A stretch of DNA of 38,057 nt, from NCBI GenBank assembly GCA_028712605.1, contig JAQTPV010000002.1, positions 1 through 38,057 of the forward strand, given 5' to 3'. The notes under the pieces were generated by a model that saw only the letters and a list, made by a program, of their open reading frames with translations, was not told the origin of the DNA and searched no databases. The DNA comes from Minisyncoccota bacterium. Lineage in GTDB: Bacteria > Patescibacteriota > Minisyncoccia > Minisyncoccales > CG1-02-41-26. Numbering within the stretch: the stretch's first letter is position 1; the number at the start of each line of letters is the position of its first letter. Positions 1-6,690 of this stretch are shown piece after piece. The translations under genes and the position numbers were made by a program.

Positions 1-923
1 ATTTTCTCATCCAGATCCACCTCTTTTTCTTGGCATTTGGTTTTTAAAATGGCCAGCCTGGTTTCCACGTCCGGGTTGCTGATATCAGCAATCATACCAC
101 CTTCAAACCGAGACCTTAGCCTTTCTTCAAGGGCTGGGATTGCATTGGGCGGTCTGTCTGATGATAGAATAATTTGTTTTTGTTGTTGGTAAAGGGTATT
201 GAAAATATGGAAAAATTCTTCTTGGGTTTTTTCTTTGCCGGCGAAGAATTGGACGTCGTCAATGATTAAAATATCAATTTTGCCCAATTTCTTTTTTAAA
301 TCCTCTATCTCTTGGTTGCGAATCGCATCAACGATTTTTGCGATAAAGCGCTCGGAAGAGGTATACTTCACTCTTTTTTCGGGAAAGGCCTTAACGATGT
401 GGTTGCCAGTTGCTTGTAATAAGTGAGTTTTGCCCAAACCAACCCCGCCATAAATAAATAAGGGGTTATAGGTGGCACCCGGTTTCTCGGACACTGAAGT
501 TGAGGCAGCGTGGGCCAGTTCATTAAAACCACCAACAATAAAATTATTAAAAGTATATTTTGGGTTAAGGTTAGTTTTTTGGTCCACCTGGAATTCTGGG
601 AATTGCAATTGCGATTCAAAGCTTAGGGCTTGAGACTCTTCCTTGGGCGCTTGGGGCATTCTGGGTGTGGCGGGGGGCGGTATCTTAACTTGGAACTCCA
701 CGGTTCTTAGGTTAGGGTCTAAAGATCTTAAAATTTTTAAAATCAGCGACTGGTATTTATTTTCCAGCCATTCTTTAGCAAATAGGTTTGGTACGCATAT
801 CATGATTTCACCGCTTTGGTTTTGGGTAATCTTGGTGTTGCGGAACCAGGTAGCAAAATTAGCTCGGGAAACACTAAACTGAATTTGAGCCAAAACAGTT
901 TGCCATAATTCTTCGTTGCTCAT
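1..923 (-). CDS. dnaA: Chromosomal replication initiator DnaA, first ~307 codons; the 3' part runs off the left edge
   Basis: Absent from the ORF track because it is open at the window edge. My reverse-complement translation from ATG (923..921) reads MSNEELWQTVLAQIQFSVSRANFATWFRNTKI... It contains AAA+ Walker A LFIYGGVGLGKTHLLQA, Walker B ILIIDDVQF and SSDRPP, all typical of DnaA. Confidence 0.93.
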   Translation of the reverse strand, partial: MSNEELWQTVLAQIQFSVSRANFATWFRNTKITQNQSGEIMICVPNLFAKEWLENKYQSLILKILRSLDPNLRTVEFQVKIPPPATPRMPQAPKEESQALSFESQLQFPEFQVDQKTNLNPKYTFNNFIVGGFNELAHAASTSVSEKPGATYNPLFIYGGVGLGKTHLLQATGNHIVKAFPEKRVKYTSSERFIAKIVDAIRNQEIEDLKKKLGKIDILIIDDVQFFAGKEKTQEEFFHIFNTLYQQQKQIILSSDRPPNAIPALEERLRSRFEGGMIADISNPDVETRLAILKTKCQEKEVDLDEK

Positions 924-1085
924 AACTTTAAGGGTTAAGACGATAGTCTATTGTCGCTTATTTTTAAAATACTGCAAATGCCCTATAAAATCAATGGAAA
1001 CCAGATGGCTGTTAAAAAGCTGGGGATAACCTGTGTAATAAAAGCGCGAAAGCAGCTCCAGGGCAGGTTTCGCCTAGTTCCTTGG

Positions 1086-1114
1086 TTGACGAAAGGCTTT
1101 TTTAAGACTATGAT
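1086..1114 (+). promoter_or_regulatory. Candidate sigma70-type promoter for rpmH operon
   Basis: TTGACG (1086-1091), 17-nt spacer, TATGAT (1109-1114), 26 nt upstream of the rpmH ATG. Confidence 0.4.
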
Positions 1115-1140
1115 TGTAATAATTATTAATCATTTTTATT

Positions 1141-1275
1141 ATGAGCGTAACCTATCAACCCAAAAAGAAAAAAAGAAGGAACACCCATGGTTTTTTGAAA
1201 AGAATGGGCACTAAGGCCGGCCAAAGGGTGGTGGCGAGAAGGCGGGCCAAGGGTAGAGCAAGATTAGCTGTTTGA
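1141..1275 (+). CDS. rpmH: 50S ribosomal protein L34
   Basis: Not listed in the track; it is hidden by the spurious 951..1214 ORF in another frame. Translation is [44 protein letters not shown], 44 aa with a TGA stop, a classic L34. It has the canonical position between dnaA and rnpA. Confidence 0.93.
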   Translation: MSVTYQPKKKKRRNTHGFLKRMGTKAGQRVVARRRAKGRARLAV

Positions 1276-1298
1276 GGTTTTATTGTAATCGTCTGTCC

Positions 1299-1640
1299 AT
1301 GTTGCCAAAGCCGTACCGTTTAACAAAGAATAACGACTTTCAAAACGTTTTCCAGAACGGTCGGGTGGCCGGCGGTTCTTTTTTAGCCATTAAAGCCGCG
1401 CCCAACACATTAACTCACTGCCGCATTGGTTTTGTAGTTAGTAAGAAAGTTTCCAATAAGGCTACGGACCGGAATCGAGTGAAAAGAAGATTACGAGAGG
1501 CAATGAGGGGTTTTTTGCCCCAGTTCAATAATCATTTTGATATGGTGCTTTTGACCAAAAAAGAAATTAAAGATAAAGAGTTTGGGCAGATCAAAGAAGA
1601 AATGGGGGCGCTTTTAAAAAGGGCGCGGTTAATTAAGTAG
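1299..1640 (+). CDS. rnpA: RNase P protein component
   Basis: Track ORF 1272..1640 starts at a TTG that overlaps the rpmH stop. The in-frame ATG at 1299 gives [22 protein letters not shown]..., a typical RnpA N-terminus, followed by a basic RNR-like stretch NRVKRRLRE. Synteny after rpmH supports it. Confidence 0.85.
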   Translation: MLPKPYRLTKNNDFQNVFQNGRVAGGSFLAIKAAPNTLTHCRIGFVVSKKVSNKATDRNRVKRRLREAMRGFLPQFNNHFDMVLLTKKEIKDKEFGQIKEEMGALLKRARLIK

Positions 1641-1648
1641 TCGGCGAT

Positions 1649-1858
1649 ATGAGAAAAAATATTTTTCAAGGGCTAATTAAAATATATCAACAATTTGTTT
1701 CCCCTTACTTAGGCGGGCACTGTCGGTTTTATCCTTCTTGCTCTGAATACACCTATCAAGCCATAGAGAAACACGGTTCAGCCCGGGGGCTCATAAAGGG
1801 TATCGGGCGCTTATTGCGATGCCATCCGTTAAACAGGGGAGGGATAGATTGCCCTTAA
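1649..1858 (+). CDS. yidD: Membrane protein insertion efficiency factor YidD
   Basis: 69 aa with [31 protein letters not shown]...[12 protein letters not shown], the conserved YidD Cys pattern. Synteny between rnpA and yidC supports it. Confidence 0.9.
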   Translation: MRKNIFQGLIKIYQQFVSPYLGGHCRFYPSCSEYTYQAIEKHGSARGLIKGIGRLLRCHPLNRGGIDCP

Positions 1859-1865
1859 TTTAACT

Positions 1866-2600
1866 ATGAATTTTTTTATTCAATTTTTTTACACCATTCT
1901 ATACCAGCCCTTATTGAATATTTTGGTCTGGCTGTACAATGTAATACCGGGGCACGACCTGGGTTTGGCTTTGGTAATTTTAACCTTAGGCATTCGGTTT
2001 GTTTTGCACCCGCTATCAGTCAAGAGCATCACCTCTCAAAAAGACCTTCAGGACCTTCAGCCTAAAATTACCAAAATTCAGGAACAGCTTAAGGACAACA
2101 AAGAAGCTCAAGCCAAGGCTATGCTGGACCTCTATCAAAAAGAAAGAATTAATCCGTTTTCTGGTTGTTTTATCGTTTTATTGCAACTTCCTTTTTTGGT
2201 GACCCTTTATTACGTGGCCATTAATTCAGTTAAGCCGACATTAGTGCAGCAAGCCCTTTATGGTTTTGTATCAAATCCCGGCGCTTTAACCACTACGCTT
2301 TTTTGGATTTTTGATTTAAATAACCAAATCGTTTTAGGGGGCTTGGCCTTAATAGCCGGAGCCTTACAGTTCTGGCAGGCTCGGACTTCAATCCAAAAAC
2401 AAGCGGCCTCAAATCCCCCTGGTGCTCAAGGCGATATTGCTAAGATGATGCAAAAGCAAATGGTTTATATCTTTCCGGTTATTTCTGTGATTTTGGTATG
2501 GCAGCTGAAGGGGATAGTCGGTGTTTATTGGGCCTTAAGTTCGCTTTTTGCCTTAGTGGAGCAAAAAATAATTTATCAAAAGAAGAAAAGCGTGAGGTAA
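1866..2600 (+). CDS. yidC: YidC/Oxa1-family membrane insertase (short form)
   Basis: 244 aa, multi-TM. It has the coiled polar loop KITKIQEQLKDNKEAQAKAMLDLYQKERINPFSGC characteristic of YidC/SpoIIIJ, and the expected synteny. Confidence 0.85.
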   Translation: MNFFIQFFYTILYQPLLNILVWLYNVIPGHDLGLALVILTLGIRFVLHPLSVKSITSQKDLQDLQPKITKIQEQLKDNKEAQAKAMLDLYQKERINPFSGCFIVLLQLPFLVTLYYVAINSVKPTLVQQALYGFVSNPGALTTTLFWIFDLNNQIVLGGLALIAGALQFWQARTSIQKQAASNPPGAQGDIAKMMQKQMVYIFPVISVILVWQLKGIVGVYWALSSLFALVEQKIIYQKKKSVR

Positions 2601-2680
2601 AGAATGCAATCGTTGGGTTCGGCTTGTTGCTACAACAAGGGTTGCTACTTCTATTATCTTTCGTTTTCTGTCTTTACTAT

Positions 2681-3157
2681 ATGGCGGATCAAGACATTAT
2701 TAAAACAGCTGAAAAGCTTATCCAAGATTTTTTTAACAAGATGACTTTCTCGGTCGAGACGAACCTATCCTTGGGTGATGACAAAACATTAATTCTGGAA
2801 GCCAATACCCCAGAGGCTAGAGTTTTAATTGGCGAAAGGGGGCAGACTTTGGTTGAAATCCAGCAACTCTTGAACCGCATTATTAAAAAGCAATTAGAGG
2901 AGGCTGTTTATTTAGATTTAGATATTAACCGCTATAAAGCCAATAAGGTTAAATATTTAATGGATATAGCCCATACTGCCGCTGATGAGGTGGCCCTCAT
3001 CGGCCGAGAAAAGGTGTTAGACCCAATGTCGGCTTTTGAGAGGAGGGTCGTCCATTTAGAACTCTCTAGAAGGCCCGACATTCAAACTGAAAGCATGGGC
3101 GAAGAGCCCGAAAGAAGAATTGTTATTAGGCCTATTTCTTTCAGCGAAAGGGTCTAG
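2681..3157 (+). CDS. jag: Jag-like KH/R3H RNA-binding protein
   Basis: I take the in-frame ATG at 2681 (MADQDIIKTAEKL...); the track start at 2498 would overlap yidC. KH-like LIGERGQTLVEIQQLL and R3H-like ERRVVHLELSRRPDIQTESMGEEPERRIVIRP are present. Position after yidC is canonical. Confidence 0.85.
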   Translation: MADQDIIKTAEKLIQDFFNKMTFSVETNLSLGDDKTLILEANTPEARVLIGERGQTLVEIQQLLNRIIKKQLEEAVYLDLDINRYKANKVKYLMDIAHTAADEVALIGREKVLDPMSAFERRVVHLELSRRPDIQTESMGEEPERRIVIRPISFSERV

Positions 3158-3238
3158 CTTACACAGCTGGAACTCTTTTTTGGATATGTTAAAATTGAGT
3201 AATCAAAAGCGCTTTAAGGCTTCAGCAATTTAACTAAA

Positions 3239-3787
3239 TTGCCAAGGTTAAACTGCAAAGCAGTAAGCGTTCTAAATGTTATTCAATTTAAAGTCCCTCA
3301 ATTTTTAGAACGGGAATCAAATATCGCCTGGGGCCTATCGTTTAAAAATTTGGTAGTGGCCGTAGTTTTGGGATTTTCTCTATTCGGTCTTTTTTATGTT
3401 TTCCAGAGCCTTAAAATATTGTGGGCTTGGTTTATCCTTTTAGTGATAGTGATCGGCGCTTTTATAGTTTTTAATTTTGTAAAGATCGAAGGGCAAAGCG
3501 CCTTTGAGGTTTTTACCAACGCCGCCACCTTCGTTTTTTCCCGAAGGCTTTATATGTGGCAGCGGAAAGAAGGCGTAGCTCCGATTAGGCTGGCTCAAAG
3601 GTCCCGGCCAAAGAAAAAGGCCAAGGAGGCTGCGTTAAAGTTTGCGCCCAAGAGTCGTTTAGGGCTTTTGGGCTCCAAGATTGATATTAGTAGTATTATT
3701 GATCGTGAAGAATTTTGGGAGGATGTCACCTCTGAAGATGTTGCTTCTACTGATGAGGGGGAAGGGGCGTTAGGGGGAGAGGAGTAA
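3239..3787 (+). CDS. PrgI/VirB3-like small membrane protein of the T4SS-like block, with an acidic C-terminal tail
   Basis: FKVPQFLERESNIAWGLSFKNLVVAVVLG, then two TM helices and FVFSRRLYMW, matches my memory of the PrgI-family layout. It sits directly upstream of VirB4, as prgI-prgJ do. The start is uncertain: TTG at 3239, with no ATG nearby. Confidence 0.5.
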   Translation: MPRLNCKAVSVLNVIQFKVPQFLERESNIAWGLSFKNLVVAVVLGFSLFGLFYVFQSLKILWAWFILLVIVIGAFIVFNFVKIEGQSAFEVFTNAATFVFSRRLYMWQRKEGVAPIRLAQRSRPKKKAKEAALKFAPKSRLGLLGSKIDISSIIDREEFWEDVTSEDVASTDEGEGALGGEE

Positions 3788-3820
3788 GTTGAGGACACCC
3801 TAAGGTAATTTTATTTTTTT

Positions 3821-4450
3821 ATGGCCTTGCCGAGTCAAAATTTTTTGGAGTTTAAACAAATTAAAGAGGGCGTGATTACTTTAAAGAATAAAGCCCTTAG
3901 AGGTATTTTGTTGGTTTCTTCTATTAATTTTGATCTTAAATCTGAAGAAGAACAGAATGCTATTATTTTTCAGTTTCAGAATTTTCTAAACTCCTTAGAT
4001 TTTTCTACGCAGATCATTATGCAGTCAAGAAGGCTCAATATCACCGGTTACTTTGAAAAGCTTAAGGAGTTTGAAAGTAAACAGAGCAACGAGCTTTTAA
4101 AAATTCAAACCGCTGAATACCGCAAATTTGTAGAGAGCCTAGTGGGTCGCGGCACCATTATGACTAAGCAGTTTTTTGTGGTGGTGCCCTATACCATCAC
4201 GGAAATGGATGCTATGACTGGGGCCATTGGCTTGCGTCAGAAGGCGGGCGTTGAAGAGGAAATCTTTCAAAGATGCCGCGATCAACTTTACCAAAGGATG
4301 GAATTTGTGGCCATTGGACTAAGAAGATGTAGTTTAAGTGTGATCCCCTTAACCACCCCAGAAGTTATTGAGCTTTTCTGGAGCTGGCATCATCCCAAGG
4401 AGGCTGAAATCGGTTATTACCCTGAAATCCTGCCAGAGCTTAGTAAATAA
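3821..4450 (+). CDS. VirB4-family ATPase, detached N-terminal domain (209 aa)
   Basis: FKQIKEGVITLKNKALRGILLVSSINFDLKSEEEQNAIIFQFQNFLNSLDFSTQIIMQSRR resembles the N-terminal module of Gram-positive/Tn916-Orf16-type VirB4 proteins. It is in the same frame as the next ORF and separated from it only by TAA plus two codons. Confidence 0.6.
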   Translation: MALPSQNFLEFKQIKEGVITLKNKALRGILLVSSINFDLKSEEEQNAIIFQFQNFLNSLDFSTQIIMQSRRLNITGYFEKLKEFESKQSNELLKIQTAEYRKFVESLVGRGTIMTKQFFVVVPYTITEMDAMTGAIGLRQKAGVEEEIFQRCRDQLYQRMEFVAIGLRRCSLSVIPLTTPEVIELFWSWHHPKEAEIGYYPEILPELSK

Positions 4451-4456
4451 TTTATT

Positions 4457-6268
4457 TTGTTTATGCCCTTTAACTTGCCCTTTGAGCTTCCTTTTTTAAA
4501 AAAGCGATCCAATATTGAGGAGCTTTTGCTTAAGCCAACTGAAATTAAGGCTGAAGATATTATCGCCCCCTCTTTAATTGAGATTCGGTCAAACTATATT
4601 AAATTAGGCGAGCGTTTTTCTCGCTCCTTTTTTGTGTTTTCTTACCCGCGTTATCTCGCGGCTGGCTGGCTGTCGCCGGTGATTAATTTGAATTACCCGA
4701 TTGACATGTCTTTGCATATCCATCCGGTTAATTCGGGAGACATTCTACGTCAATTGAGGAAAAAAGTCACAGAGGTTCAGGCGGAAATTCAAGAGAATGA
4801 AGAGAAGGGTAAAATCAGAGACCCGGTGCTGGAAACTGCATACGAGGACATCGAACAATTAAGAGATGAATTACAAACTGCCAGAGAAAGGGTGTTTCGG
4901 TTGGGTCTTTATTTAAATATTTACGGTGACTCTGAACAAGAGTTGCGGCAGGGGGAAACCTTATTAAGGTCTATTTTTGAGGCGCGCTTAATTTATATTA
5001 AGCCCAATCTGATGAAAGAAAAGCAAGGCTTTATTTCCGCAGCCCCCTATGGTTTAGACCAAATTTTAGTGCATACCCCCATGAACACTGCGCCTCTTTC
5101 CAGTATCTTTCCTTTTGTTTCTCCGGACCTTTCGGCCAACGAAGGCATTCTTTACGGCATTAACCGCCACAATAACTCCTTGGTTTTGTTTGATCGTTTT
5201 ACCTTAGAAAATGCTAATTTGGTGGTGTTCGCTAAATCTGGCTCCGGTAAAAGCTATTTCTGTAAGCTGGAAATTTTACGTTATTTAATGCAGGGCATTG
5301 ATGTGATTATTATTGATCCGGAAAACGAATACGAGTTTTTGGTTGACGGTGTGGGCGGTTCTTTTTTCAAGATTTCTTTAACCTCTGATCACCATATTAA
5401 TCCTTTTGAACTACCGCCTATGGTTGACCAAGATCCCAGAGATGTTTTAAGGTCTAACGTGATTAACTTAGTGGGCCTGTTAAGAATTATGTTAGGGGGC
5501 TTGTCGCCCGAGGAGGACGCTATTGTTGATCGGGCCATTGCTGAAACTTATGCGGCCAAAGACATTACCCCAGAAACCGATCCAACTGAATGGAGGGATA
5601 GGACCCCCCTATTGTCTGATCTTGAAAAGGTTTTAGCTGGCATGGAGGGCGCTCATTCGCTATTGGAGAGACTGCAGAAGTTTACTCAGGGTAGCTACGC
5701 CCAGTTCTTTAATAGTCCCTCTAACGTTTCTTTAGAAAAAGGCCTAATAGTTTTTGGCATTAGAGATGTGGAAGATGAATTGCGGCCTATGGCTATGTTT
5801 GTAATCTTAAGATATATTTGGGCTCAAATCAGAGCTTCTTTAAAGAAACGCATTCTGTTAGTGGATGAGGCGTGGTGGATTATGCAATATGAAGATGGCG
5901 CTTCCTTTCTATATGGTCTCTGTAAAAGAGCTAGAAAATATTGGTTAGGCGTTTCTACCATTACCCAGGACGTCTCTGACTTTATGAAATCTAATTATGG
6001 CAAGCCCATTATTACCAATTCGTCCCTGCAGTTTTTAATGAAGCAAAGCCCGGCAACAATTGGTTTAGTACAAAAAACTTTTAATTTAACCGAAGGCGAA
6101 AAAAATACATTATTAGAAAGCTCGGTTGGTGAAGGCGTGTTTATTGCTGGTCAAAAGCGTATTGCTATTAAGGTTGTAGCTTCTTATGTAGAAGATCAGA
6201 TTATTACCTCTGCCCCAGAAGAAGTAAAAAAGTTAAGAGCGGCCAAAAAGAGAATGACACAACTGTAG
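4457..6268 (+). CDS. VirB4/TraE-type conjugal-transfer-like ATPase (middle and AAA domains)
   Basis: IAPSLIEIRSNYIKLGERFSRSFFVFSYPRYLAAGWL is the VirB4 middle module. Walker A is VVFAKSGSGKSYF and Walker B is RILLVDEAWW, followed by TQDVSDF. The start is TTG 4457 or ATG 4463. Confidence 0.85.
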   Translation: MFMPFNLPFELPFLKKRSNIEELLLKPTEIKAEDIIAPSLIEIRSNYIKLGERFSRSFFVFSYPRYLAAGWLSPVINLNYPIDMSLHIHPVNSGDILRQLRKKVTEVQAEIQENEEKGKIRDPVLETAYEDIEQLRDELQTARERVFRLGLYLNIYGDSEQELRQGETLLRSIFEARLIYIKPNLMKEKQGFISAAPYGLDQILVHTPMNTAPLSSIFPFVSPDLSANEGILYGINRHNNSLVLFDRFTLENANLVVFAKSGSGKSYFCKLEILRYLMQGIDVIIIDPENEYEFLVDGVGGSFFKISLTSDHHINPFELPPMVDQDPRDVLRSNVINLVGLLRIMLGGLSPEEDAIVDRAIAETYAAKDITPETDPTEWRDRTPLLSDLEKVLAGMEGAHSLLERLQKFTQGSYAQFFNSPSNVSLEKGLIVFGIRDVEDELRPMAMFVILRYIWAQIRASLKKRILLVDEAWWIMQYEDGASFLYGLCKRARKYWLGVSTITQDVSDFMKSNYGKPIITNSSLQFLMKQSPATIGLVQKTFNLTEGEKNTLLESSVGEGVFIAGQKRIAIKVVASYVEDQIITSAPEEVKKLRAAKKRMTQL

Positions 6269-6298
6269 CAATAACCATTTATCGCCACAATTTTATCT

Positions 6299-6673
6299 AT
6301 GAGTTCAGGCGGCGTATTTACCCCAGAAGGTTTTATCATGCTGGCAATAGCCGGATTTTTGGATTTCATAATGATGATTTGCATTGTGCTGACAGCGGCT
6401 TTTGGCGTGGGCCTTGTGGCCGGTAAAATTGTTTATGTTATTGGATTGACCATCATTACGCCATGGCAAATGTCTAAGTACGGATTTTTTAAGGGCTTGG
6501 GGGCTCGAAAGTCCGGCAATAAAAAATCAGCTTGGCAGGAAGCTAGAATGAAGAAGTTAAAGCAAAAATTCATAAGTAAACAGTTGCGCCGGTTAGCCTT
6601 TAAAATTGTGCCCATTCTTGGTGATTTTTATCCCTGGACTTATATTGTCTATGATACCTTGCAAAGCCCCTAA
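6299..6673 (+). CDS. Small integral membrane protein with a basic loop, function unknown, inside the T4SS-like operon
   Basis: 124 aa with hydrophobic helices (FIMLAIAGFLDFIMMICIVLTAAFGVGLVAG, IVYVIGLTIITPW). A Lys/Arg-rich segment follows, then a final hydrophobic stretch. Tight spacing with flanking genes. I recognise no family. Confidence 0.5.
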   Translation: MSSGGVFTPEGFIMLAIAGFLDFIMMICIVLTAAFGVGLVAGKIVYVIGLTIITPWQMSKYGFFKGLGARKSGNKKSAWQEARMKKLKQKFISKQLRRLAFKIVPILGDFYPWTYIVYDTLQSP

Positions 6674-6690
6674 TTATTAAAGGATATCCA

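Noticed and set aside
924-1140. Possible oriC (DnaA-box cluster) between dnaA and rpmH
   Set aside because: I find only one 8/9 match to TGTGNATAA (TGGGGATAA, 1021-1029), plus an adjacent weaker TGTGTAATA. There is no cluster of boxes and no obvious AT-rich 13-mer-type unwinding element. The origin may lie on the other side of dnaA, outside the window.
951-1214. 87-aa ORF in the dnaA-rpmH spacer
   Set aside because: It overlaps the unmistakable L34 gene (1141-1275) in another frame and covers the rpmH promoter. Its sequence is low-complexity with no motif. I treat it as spurious.
1622-1637. 16-nt exact repeat GGCGCGGTTAATTAAG at 1622-1637 (end of rnpA) and 31414-31429 (after yraN)
   Set aside because: By rough estimate, a single 16-mer coincidence in a 38 kb window is expected at about 0.3 events counting both strands. 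There is no extended similarity around it, and one copy is coding. Probably chance.
2498-2680. Longer N-terminal extension of jag (track start 2498) overlapping yidC by about 100 nt
   Set aside because: The extension is hydrophobic, low-complexity read-through of the yidC 3' region in another frame. The ATG at 2681 gives a canonical Jag N-terminus.
3187-3195. Extended -10-like TGTTAAAAT in the jag-prgI spacer as a dedicated promoter for the T4SS-like block
   Set aside because: The corresponding -35 (CTGGAA) is poor, and there is no terminator after jag. I cannot tell whether the block has its own promoter or is read through from the rpmH operon, so I left it uncalled.
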